This document shows positions 1 to 10,000 of a DNA stretch of 50,390 nucleotides, piece after piece. The stretch is taken from the NCBI GenBank assembly GCA_008369845.1, contig MRSU01005260.1:1-50390 (forward strand), written 5' to 3'. Each line of letters begins with the position of its first letter. Position 1 is the stretch's first letter. Source of the stretch: Trichomonas gallinae (lineage: Eukaryota). The translations under genes were made by a program, and so were the position numbers. Under the pieces are notes generated by a model that was given only the letters and a program-made list of their open reading frames with translations, did no database searches and was not told the DNA's origin.

Positions 1-1
1 T

Positions 2-70
2 CCAGGCGATCTTGCCAAGCACGCCGTCTCAGAAGGTGGCAAGGCTGTCGCCAAGTTCAACGCTGAGTAA
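2..70 (+). CDS. H2B: Histone H2B, C-terminal fragment (gene begins before the window)
   Basis: Frame from base 2 reads PGDLAKHAVSEGGKAVAKFNAE*, matching the H2B C-terminal helix (PGELAKHAVSEGTKAVTKY). Not in the ORF track. Confidence 0.95.
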   Translation, partial: PGDLAKHAVSEGGKAVAKFNAE

Positions 71-406
71 ATTATTGTTTTAATTCTCTTTCTTAATCAT
101 TCCTTTTTTAATCTGCTTATTACATAATCAATAAAAGATAAATTTTAATAAAACACCAAAATCATGAATTTGCAATGAAAATGATTTCATGTATATGAAA
201 AAGACTTAAAATAGAGTTAATTTTGTGATTTAGAACAACTTGGAATTCAAGCATAAGATGATTTTTTGAGATTTTAAATAAAAATTGTATGTTTTTCATC
301 CGATTTTTTTTGAAATGAAAAATTTTGTTTCGTTCGATTTTTACGAAAATAGGCAGAATACATGGAATAGAATCCGAATTCATCATCAAAACACAATTTC
401 TTAATC

Positions 407-414
407 GGCGGTTT
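407..414 (+). promoter_or_regulatory. M3-like (Myb-type) core promoter element GGCGGTTT
   Basis: Fits the trichomonad M3 consensus DRCSGYTD as I recall it; runs into TCAAAA and lies 8 bp before the ATG at 423. Confidence 0.5.
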
Positions 415-422
415 TCAAAAAA

Positions 423-689
423 ATGGGTTGTTGCTGTTCTCAGTCAGAACCCTTACCAAATATACAGAATATCGGCAGCACTGTTGCTGTATCGGAAGTG
501 AGCAATCAGACAGTCGTAGATAATGTATTCGCGCCTCCAAATGCTGGACATGATAAAGTTCCTCTTTTAAATGCCGTTTCAACACAAAATATAACATTCA
601 GCGACGATACTGATTCATCATCAGTTGATCAAGACATGATTAAAAGTCTCCTCGACCAAGTTAAATTATCGGATGATGACGATTTTTAA
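423..689 (+). CDS. Small N-myristoylated/palmitoylated protein (88 aa)
   Basis: MGCCCS N-terminus (Gly2 plus Cys cluster), DKVPLL acidic dileucine, acidic C-terminus; stop overlaps TAAA. Confidence 0.75.
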   Translation: MGCCCSQSEPLPNIQNIGSTVAVSEVSNQTVVDNVFAPPNAGHDKVPLLNAVSTQNITFSDDTDSSSVDQDMIKSLLDQVKLSDDDDF

Positions 690-876
690 AATTACGGTCT
701 CATGTTGAATAAAATGTTCTTTATGTTCGATTCTTACAAAAAATATTCACTATTTACCTACAACTTTCGATCAAAATTTTATATGAAAATTAATTATTCT
801 ATTTTTTCGAACCAATTTTGATATATTCTTTTTCTTATGCAACAAGGAAACTCATTTAACATAAATACAAATAATT

Positions 877-2160
877 TTATTCAAGTTTAGTAAGATTTGA
901 AATAACGCGTTGCATTATGGATTTTCGATCTGCTGTAAATGCCTTAGACTTTTCTGCAAAAGCAAGAACCTTGCGAGACAAGAATTTTCCGACATCTTTC
1001 TTAAATGCACCGGTAAGCTTATCCATTTCATCATCAATTATACCAGGCTCTGCTGTTGTAAAGTATTCTCTGAGGAAAACCATAATAAAGACTTGCTGTT
1101 TCGAATCTAATTTTGCGAATTCTGTTCCTTTGAGGAATGAGAAGTCGACAATAGCTTTACTTGCGAGCTCTGAAGCAAATAAAGCTGCATTTCTGATTTG
1201 TGCTGTTTCAAAACCAACACATAATTTTAATGTATTTTTAAGCGCATGAATTAAGTCGTGAGTAAAATGTTTGTCATCATGAGCAAATGCTTCAGCAACT
1301 GCTGCATAAAATGGATTGTATTTCGATTCATTTCTGCAACATTCTAATATAACAACAGGAACATCTTTTCTCATAGTCTTTGAGAGCTGTAATTTCGATA
1401 TTTTCATTACTGCATCACTGACATCTACGGCTGTCATAAGGGCATAGAAAACACCCCTTCTTACGTCTGTTGTCATATGCATTTGACTTGCAATCTTGTT
1501 TAATTTCAAGACGCTCTCATCAATTGTAGTCTTCTTCGCATCAGAAGATGAGTAGTACTCAACAGTGTCTTCTCCAAGGGCGGTGAGGAATTTTTTAACA
1601 TTTTTCGAATCTTTCTTATCTGATTTGCTAAGAGTATCGACAATAGACTGAATAGCATCTGGAACTTCCTTCAAAGATCGAGAATAAACGTCAATAAACA
1701 TATCTGGTAAAATTGCATCGGAATAAAGTCTTTGCGTAATGCAGCGTGTAAACATTGCGATGGATACTGGCGGAGGATGTGAAGCAAATGCTTCTCTAAT
1801 CTGTGCAACGATGATATTGAAATTTGATGGCGCGATTCTGTTCAAAAATCCTGTAAATTGGCGACGTGCGGCTTCTTCTTCATCTGTTCTGGCTGCTTTA
1901 ACCATTTCTGTTGGCTTTTGCTTCTTTACTGGTCGACCAGCAGTAATTCCTTCTAAAATCTTTGCGTAACCATTCTCAATCAAGTAGTCATCCCATTCTT
2001 CGACTTCTGGATCAATGCCAAGCTTTTTAGCATAATAAGCGATTTCTTCTTCATCTTGTTCGAGAGTTTGTGGAACAAGGAAATCAGGAGCTTCTATGCC
2101 ATCATCCTCATCTTCTTCATACATATCTTCCTCATCATAATATTCATATTCTTCAGCCAT
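877..2160 (-). CDS. NOM1: Nucleolar MIF4G/MA3 protein NOM1/Sgd1
   Basis: MIF4G start RRQFTGFLNRIAPSNF; MA3 MTTDVRRGVFYALMT...ILECCRNESKYNPFYA. First ATG at 2160 (track start 2178 is TTG). Confidence 0.85.
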   Translation of the reverse strand: MAEEYEYYDEEDMYEEDEDDGIEAPDFLVPQTLEQDEEEIAYYAKKLGIDPEVEEWDDYLIENGYAKILEGITAGRPVKKQKPTEMVKAARTDEEEAARRQFTGFLNRIAPSNFNIIVAQIREAFASHPPPVSIAMFTRCITQRLYSDAILPDMFIDVYSRSLKEVPDAIQSIVDTLSKSDKKDSKNVKKFLTALGEDTVEYYSSSDAKKTTIDESVLKLNKIASQMHMTTDVRRGVFYALMTAVDVSDAVMKISKLQLSKTMRKDVPVVILECCRNESKYNPFYAAVAEAFAHDDKHFTHDLIHALKNTLKLCVGFETAQIRNAALFASELASKAIVDFSFLKGTEFAKLDSKQQVFIMVFLREYFTTAEPGIIDDEMDKLTGAFKKDVGKFLSRKVLAFAEKSKAFTADRKSIMQRVISNLTKLE

Positions 2161-2189
2161 ATCTATATTTTTTGACAAGACAAAAATTT

Positions 2190-2687
2190 TAACTTAGGGT
2201 CCTACACCTACCACCCCCTAATTTTGATTATTCTGAATTTAAGGTTATATGATACATTTCTGCCAAACAATGTTTTACATGACATATTTTAAAATATAGG
2301 GGTTGAAATCGATTGAATTCCTAAAACAGGGTCTGTAAATATTCTAACTTAGGTTCTTACACCTTTCGCCCCCTAATTTTAGTTTTTCAGGAAATAAGGT
2401 TAATTACTTCATGAAATTATCTATACACTTTTGATTTCAATATTTCTAATTGGATATAATTATTATAGATTTGTATTAGATACAGTGATATACATCTCAC
2501 CCAAATGTATATTTATAGGGCAGTTCAAAGGGAATTAACATGGATATCTTTGCTTTGCACTCCACTTTTCATATCCTAAAATATAACAAATGAAGATGCT
2601 TCTGTCATATTAATTATTTACGTGGCATTTTTTAAATTTAGGGGTTGGTTATGTTTGAATTTCTAATTTAGGGTCTGTCAAAATTTT
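2190..2687. repeat. Degenerate duplicated modules with TAGGG/CCCTA motifs in the divergent NOM1/CSN1 promoter
   Basis: 2190-2247 resembles 2345-2402 (TAACTTAGG.TC.TACACCT...CCCCCTAATTTT...TAAGGTTA); 2297-2343 resembles 2639-2686 (TAGGGGTTG...TTGAATT.CTAA...AGGGTCTGT). Confidence 0.8.
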
Positions 2688-3866
2688 ATGGAAGTGAATG
2701 AAAATAATATTGCTAATCTATTTTTAGAAGGGCTCCAATTCCCTACTATATGGAAATACCAGCTCCACATATTGAAGTATGCCAAAGATGATGCTGTTAA
2801 GACTCAAGTTTACACTGCATTAAAATCATATTTAGTTTCTATTGGAAATATGTCACATTTATCGTTCATTGAGCGAATACATGATGGAAATCAAAGAATT
2901 GGACTGCTTTATCGGAACATTGGCGAAGAACAAGATTTAGAAGCGAAATTTCTTAAAAGAGAAGTCGATATTTACAGATTAAAAGAAAAAGAAGCCGATT
3001 TTTCTGTTACTGCATCAGCACAGACTCGTCAGTTACGCTTTTGGAATGCTATTATGAGTTATAAACGCGATACTAGACTTAGGAGCAGTAATAGTGCAGC
3101 AGATAAGTACTACGAACAAAGAGCAACGCTACATATGATACTTGGCGACCTTAGAAAGGCATATGTACTTGCAAAAAAGGCAAATCATTACGAACTCATG
3201 ATTGCTCTTTCTTTCCTTGAATGTGATTATAGAAATATTATTAACCTCTTCGAAGATGTTTGCATGCAGATAGAAAATACACCAATTACTGTAATAACAA
3301 ATTTCGAATTATTCTATTTGATTGGATTTTCATTTTTAGCGTCATGGAACTTTAGAAAAGATGATAATGAACTATTCGAAGAGTTCATTTCGTATTTGGA
3401 AGGAAATAAATATAAAATCCTCAAAAATATTCTTTTAAACTTCCAAAAGCACCAATACAAAGCTGTTATCGAAGAATTTAATTCTTTGTCAATTATGGGC
3501 TACATTTCAATGTATATTCAACCATCATTCAATTCTTTGAAAAATCAAGTTTATCAAAACGTTGTTGCGCATCTTCTATCATCATATGTTTCAATGAATG
3601 TTGCTGATATAAAGGAGCAAACAGGATTATCAGCAATAGAATTACCAGATATTATTTGTGAATGCGTTTTTAATGATAAACTGTGCGGAAGATATGATTA
3701 TGTTGCAAGAAAATACTTTGCTGATCCTGATGAACAAGAAGTGGAAGGCCAGAATATTTTGGATAATTGTGATATTATTAAGTCAATGGTTGAAGTTGGA
3801 GTTTGGAAAGGCGAGATTTACAAGAAACTGCAACACTATCTCAAAGAAAAAGAAAAGGATACATAA
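2688..3866 (+). CDS. PCI-domain protein, COP9 signalosome subunit 1 (CSN1/Rpn7 family)-like
   Basis: LGDLRKAY helix, FYLIGFSFLASW, SMYIQPSFNSLKNQVYQNVVAHLLSSYVSMNV and LCGRYD resemble the CSN1 helical repeats and PCI winged helix. Confidence 0.65.
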   Translation: MEVNENNIANLFLEGLQFPTIWKYQLHILKYAKDDAVKTQVYTALKSYLVSIGNMSHLSFIERIHDGNQRIGLLYRNIGEEQDLEAKFLKREVDIYRLKEKEADFSVTASAQTRQLRFWNAIMSYKRDTRLRSSNSAADKYYEQRATLHMILGDLRKAYVLAKKANHYELMIALSFLECDYRNIINLFEDVCMQIENTPITVITNFELFYLIGFSFLASWNFRKDDNELFEEFISYLEGNKYKILKNILLNFQKHQYKAVIEEFNSLSIMGYISMYIQPSFNSLKNQVYQNVVAHLLSSYVSMNVADIKEQTGLSAIELPDIICECVFNDKLCGRYDYVARKYFADPDEQEVEGQNILDNCDIIKSMVEVGVWKGEIYKKLQHYLKEKEKDT

Positions 3867-4092
3867 TATTTTTTATTTTTTGCTCATTATTTTTATTAAA
3901 TGTTTGTATATATCAATATCATTTATTCGCCAATATAATGCTGTTTCTCACATAATATTTATGCTATCAAGTTCAAAATTTAAATCTTTGTCACGTAAAT
4001 ATTTACATGACAATTATAATTTTTCATAAATATAATTGAATGAACATAATATTAAAAAAATAACATCTATATTTAAATAAATAAAAAACACT

Positions 4093-7000
4093 CTATATAT
4101 GGGGTGTCCAGCCTATATACATCAATGCTAAGTTCTTGTTATCAGTAGCTTCAGATATTAAGTTCTTAACAACACAAAGTGGGCTCTGCGAGCGGCTCTT
4201 ATCTTGGGTGAGTCCGCTGAGTCTTGAATCAATTTCGACGAGCGCGACTTTGGCTTCAATGTCCTTCCATTCGACGAGTGGATCGCTGATGAAAGGCTGC
4301 AAAAGGGTAAGCAATTTCTTCTTTTTGTCGCGCATTGCAGTGAGTGCAATGACAGATGATTCAGTGAACGATCCATCAGTCCCCAAAACACCAAAACCAT
4401 CAACCATGTTCTGTGTGAGTCTGAATGGCACGATTTCTGGACAAGGCAATAGTTTCGCTTTGTCAAACATGCAATTAAAGTCAACATGAACAACTCCACC
4501 TGTTTTTTGGTTAAGCAAAATGTTTTCTGTGTGGCGGTCACCAATTCCGACAATGTATCCGACCATAGACCAAACAGCTGCGCTTCTTGCGAATAGCAAA
4601 CGACTCTTAAACCATCCTTGCGGTGAGGGAAAATTGTGCAAGAACCATTTGTGTAGTACAGGTGGATATGCTGGGAGAATATATTTCACGAAGTTTTCTC
4701 TCTTTTCATTTATTACCGCTTCAGTATTCTTGCCTTTATGATCATCGCAATAGTATTTAAACAATGATTCTCTATCCAATCCTCCTATATTTGACGCAGC
4801 ATTGAGCTTATCTATAATGCTCTTAAAGCTGCAAGTATATTCAACCCATTCTATAAGTCCGCATTTTTCGCTGAGACAGACGACAATGAATGTAACAATG
4901 GAAAGGTTCCTTTCTCTGCTCCTTCTGTCTCTTCCAAAAACTCTGTTGATGAATGTCGCAAATTCCATCATTCTCATGTCTTTTCTCAGATCTTCATCCA
5001 GCTTGCACATGAAGTGATATATTCGACCTTCATTAGAATTAAGCGAGATTTTCTTTGGCTTCTGCAACGAGGAATAAATAATAATTTCATCTCCCATCGA
5101 TACAATCGTTGGCCTCGATGAGTAAGACGATTTTGAGCTTGGATCTACGATCAGAGTTGACGATAATGGCATCAACATTTCGCAATTTTTAAATGAATCT
5201 TTTAACTCTTTGCAAAATGAATCCGCACTTCTGACTTTTACTTTAGAAGATCCATTTTTTTGCTGCGTGAGTTTGATTATGTGAGTTGTTACGTTTTCAA
5301 ACTTCTGCGCCAATTCTTTAAGCTTGGTATCAAATTTTTGGATAATAAGTGGATATTTGTCCCTTCTGACCTTGTTCTCGGAGTTTTTGACTGACATAAG
5401 ATACCACATGCCCTGCTGTGGATAGTGTTTTACAGCCGTCTTGATCAATTCGAACAAAGTTGATTCAAGTTCGGACGGCTGTTCTACCCTTGACAAAAGC
5501 TGCGTAAGAGAATTTAACCAAATTGCAGGATCTACTATTTCAAGATATTCATTGAATACTCCTTTAATATCGTTAAATATGTTTTTGCAATTTGAATCTG
5601 AATTGATTTTCTTGAATGCAAGGGGCACACCTGCGAAAGAATCTTTGGTGAAGTTTGTCATAGTTTTTTCCTTGCCCAGCAAGAATTTTCCGAGATCGAA
5701 GTAAATTTGCAAAATCCTGGGAACAACCTCTGGCGATAATTCAGGCATGTTAATTATGCATTTCATATAGCATTCAAGAGCCAGCGTCATGTTGGATCTT
5801 AAAAAGTCACCAATATTCGTTTGACTCATGAATTTAGAAATTTTTTTACTTTGAGTCGCTGCAATCAAGTGCTGTTTCTCGAAGTAGTCCAAAAAGTGTT
5901 CAATTCTTTCATCAACTAATGATGCCATTGCGTAATAACCTTTTCCTTTGTGCTCCATTTGTTGAACAGCTTGTGTGTACTCTTCCATGAGTTTATCTGG
6001 TGGAAGATGTTCAAGCTCAGCATTCCACTTAGCGTTTAAATATGTCAATCTGCCGATTTCTGCCGGCGAATCATTTTCATCATGAACCAATAATGACATT
6101 GCTTGTCTTGTGTTTCCCAGCATCCATGTAATCTTCGCGATTTCTATTGTAGACGTTGGACATTTGTCGATCTGAAATCCGCGCCAGCAGGCGAACTGAC
6201 CTCTTGTGATTTCGCCACTCTTCCTGCACGCACTGGCAAAACTTATCAACTGGTTCATGATTTTGTTGTTTTTCACAAGCAATTCTTGCTTTGACGCACC
6301 TCTGTATGCGAGTTCAATCATTGCACAATTAACCACGGTAATTCTTTCGATATCATCAATCGAAATCAATCTTTGATCAACAGATTTCAGCAATTTCATC
6401 GTATCAGTAGTTTGCCTGTTTTCTTGCAGCATTTGGCCATAAAGTGATAATTCTTCAATGAGCAAATAATTGATGAGACAAGGCATCATTCTATCGAAAG
6501 AAATCGTGCCTTCTTGTTGTGTGGATGATGCAAGCTCGAGTCTCATTTTATCAATAATTGAATTGAATCTGTTATATTGTGATTTGTCGAGATAACTCAA
6601 TGCATATGCTATGTCGATATCTATAGTATCCTTAATTGCTGACGCATGGTCATCTGATTTCGAGTCGTAAACGTTATCGTGATCTGACAAGAATGTCAAA
6701 ACGTCCCATCTTGACAACCTTGTTGCTGCCCTAGCAATAACAGCATCGAGCTTCCTATCATTGTGCATTGTGTTCCTGTTGTGCAATGCATCAGTTAGAG
6801 CTCTTTCAGTTCGCCCGCATTTCAATAAATTTGTCAAATAAGTAACTGTCATTTTATGACTGTTTTCACTGCTTTTTGTCGGATTAATTATTTTCGCTTC
6901 AGTGAAGATCTGAAAATCATCCATAAAAGTCATCGTGTTTGTCTTCATCTTTAATACTGTCAGTGCGTCTGGCTCTTTCAAGTGCTTGTAAATTTTCTTC

Positions 7001-10000
7001 ATTTGTATAAGTCTTTCATCAGAGAGTTCCCTATAACCGTCATGCCATTCCTCTCTTATCGCTAGTTCTAGATGAACCAACGCGTGCGTATATAAGCCTA
7101 TCATGTATGCTGCTTCATACAATGCTTGATTCGATGCAACTTCCAAGCTTTCTGGCCTTCCGAATATATCTACGGACGGCCAAACTTTGAGGAGCTCGCA
7201 CGCATCGAATATTGCAAAGAAAGTATGCATGCATTGTCTCGCAACTTCGTTGTCTTTAGGATTTCTTTTGAGATGATCTAAAATTGCTGCAAATTCCGCG
7301 GAAAATATTTGCTTGAAGTTTTGATTATATCTCTGCCAATATGATATGAGAGGCAAAATATAGTTACATATACTTGGCACTTTCTTTAATATAAAGCAAA
7401 TTTTCTTGACGCTTTGAATTGCTTGCATTCTATGTCCTTTTTGTTCAGATGGATTCTTTGATCTAACCGTATGCGGAATCTCTTCGTAGAAATCTGTTTG
7501 CAATAAACATATAGTGAAATTGGCCAACCAATTTTCATGCTTGATTGAAGGATTGAATACAGGACTCTTAACTGGCTTGACATCTACTGGGATATACATT
7601 GAACTCCTGTATTTATCTATAATCATTTGAACTTTAGAATCAAATTTATTCCAATTTTCAGGTTTTTGCATACTTGCCTGCGCCTTCTTTTGAGAACTTG
7701 ATGGAAGTGAACATCCCAGTTCGCTCAAAAGGATTTGTATTGTACATGATATTGAATCTAAAATTGAAAAGTTGTTGAAATCTTCGTAAGCGGGGACTAG
7801 ATATTCTGTGATGATTTTTATCATTACATCATCAACAGCTGTGCTTGAATTTGCAGTTCTACTGATTGGTGGATTATTAATCAGTTCAACTGGTGACAAT
7901 ATTGCGAGTAATCTACCACATGCTGACATTAGATCGTCTCTTGGGGTATTTGTCAAAATTTTCCAAACAGATAAGCCTAATTCATAAGTGTTCTGATATT
8001 TCGATTTTAGATCTTCGTCAATATGTGATTTAAATATATCAATTAGTTGTATGATTATGAGTACCTGCAAATCTGGAGGCGCATCAGTCAAAGCTTTTGC
8101 GAGCTTGTCTATTAAATCTACTGTTTCATATCGCATGATTGATACCTCCATATATTGAGTTAGTTCAGGTATTTGCTTGATTTCAGGCAACAAAGCAATT
8201 TGGAACAAACAATCCTGAACAATTTGATATTCTTCCTTAATCAATTTGATGAGAATCATTTTTGTTTCAGCTGGAGATTGTTCGATATTTGGAATGATTT
8301 GAGCAACAATAAAACTGAAGATATCAGCAAGAATTGGATTACCATGTAATAATTTCAAAATAGTTTCTAAGAAATTGTAACAATATGGACGTGCAAGAAC
8401 ATCACGTGTAGCAAAGCCAACCATTGTCAACAGATTTCTGCATTGCTCAGTATTTATTGTAGTTCTTAAACAATTTACAATATATGTTAAAGCTCTTATA
8501 GCAATGATTCGTTTCGATGAAGATCCATTAGTAATATATTTTGCGAATCCATATTTCATCTTGATTTCGTTTGAATTCCATAACTTTTGGATTATTTCTT
8601 CATCTGTGAGATTTTCACGCCGATGTTCTAACCCAAAAACCAGACCAATACCATTTTTCGTTTTTGCAACGACATCTGGATTGAAATCTCCAAGATTTAA
8701 TAAAAATTTGCACATAAAGTCTGCAAAGCACTCTTTCATCAGTTCAGCACTATTACGACGAAGAATGTCTTTGACAAACTTAACAGCAAGTCCTTGTTCT
8801 GGCTTGTCGAGATTGGAGAAAATGTATGTAAAAATATTGGGCATTTGGTCTTCGACCTTGTTCATAAAAGATTGCTCATCGGATTGTGAAGTAATTGCTT
8901 GAATATAATTTCTCAAAATTTTTTCTTGCTGTTTTTGTATTAAAACAGGTATAACACTGTCTTCTATAATAGTTAGTGCTTTCTGATATGATATTTGTCG
9001 TATTTGAATTAGTTCCTTGCAGGCAAATCTGAATCTGTACGGTTCTGGTATCGATAGAGAGTCAGATTCATTGTCAGACCTTGTATCGTTATCTATATAA
9101 GATATGAGAACATTGCCTGTTGATGAACTCGTTTCAGCCAAACACAAATTCAATAATTCATATGATATTTCGTATCTGTTCAAATCAAAGACATTCCAGA
9201 GGTTAGCGCTATTCCTTGAAAGAGTAGATACGGCAAAAGCATCTCTGTATGTTCTAGAATTTGAATCATCTGAATCATCTGATGATTTTGATTTTTGATC
9301 AGGAGTAAAATCTTTGATGATCATTTTGAGGAACAAAGGGCCAACAATGCGGCTTTTAAGTAGCCCATCAGCAATTTTAGGCTCAATTTCATATAATGTG
9401 ACATTTTTAATAAATTTTTCAAATTTTGAAATTAAATTATCTCGTTCGAAAATTATATCAATCACATCAACAAACTGTGGTATAGTGAATAAAGATGTGT
9501 CATCTGAGATTTCGTTGAAATAATCTTTCATATTATCATAATCCAAATCAGATGTTTTTTTAGCCTTGTCAACAAGCATACAGAGGAAAGGTATACCTTT
9601 TGGATCCTTTTTGTATCTCATCCAAGTGTGAACTAAAGATTCGAGAATATCTGGACATTCTGAAAAAATGTAAGGCAGGTCTGATATCTGATATTTTTTT
9701 GGATGCTCAACAATTTCTAGTGGAATGTGCCTTGCAATGAGCTTTAATTGATCTAAATTTGGTGGATCAGTAATTATTATTTCTCTGAGCTTAGTTATAT
9801 AGTTAGGATCAAGGTTCTTTAGACATGAACAAATATCGTAGAAGTCACTGCCCGATGCTGATAAGACAACCTGTTGATCTGGATAATATCCCGGAATATC
9901 AATTTTAATAAGCGCTGCAATAATCTTTGGATTTAATCCATGCTTTTCAACAAGTAATTTTGCAAATTCATGATCATATTGAATAAATTGTTGACAAATT

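Noticed and set aside
68..130. Histone 3' stem-loop after H2B
   Set aside because: No hairpin visible. The stop overlaps TAAA, as at RPS24 and MdaB, which is the known trichomonad polyadenylation signal and not novel.
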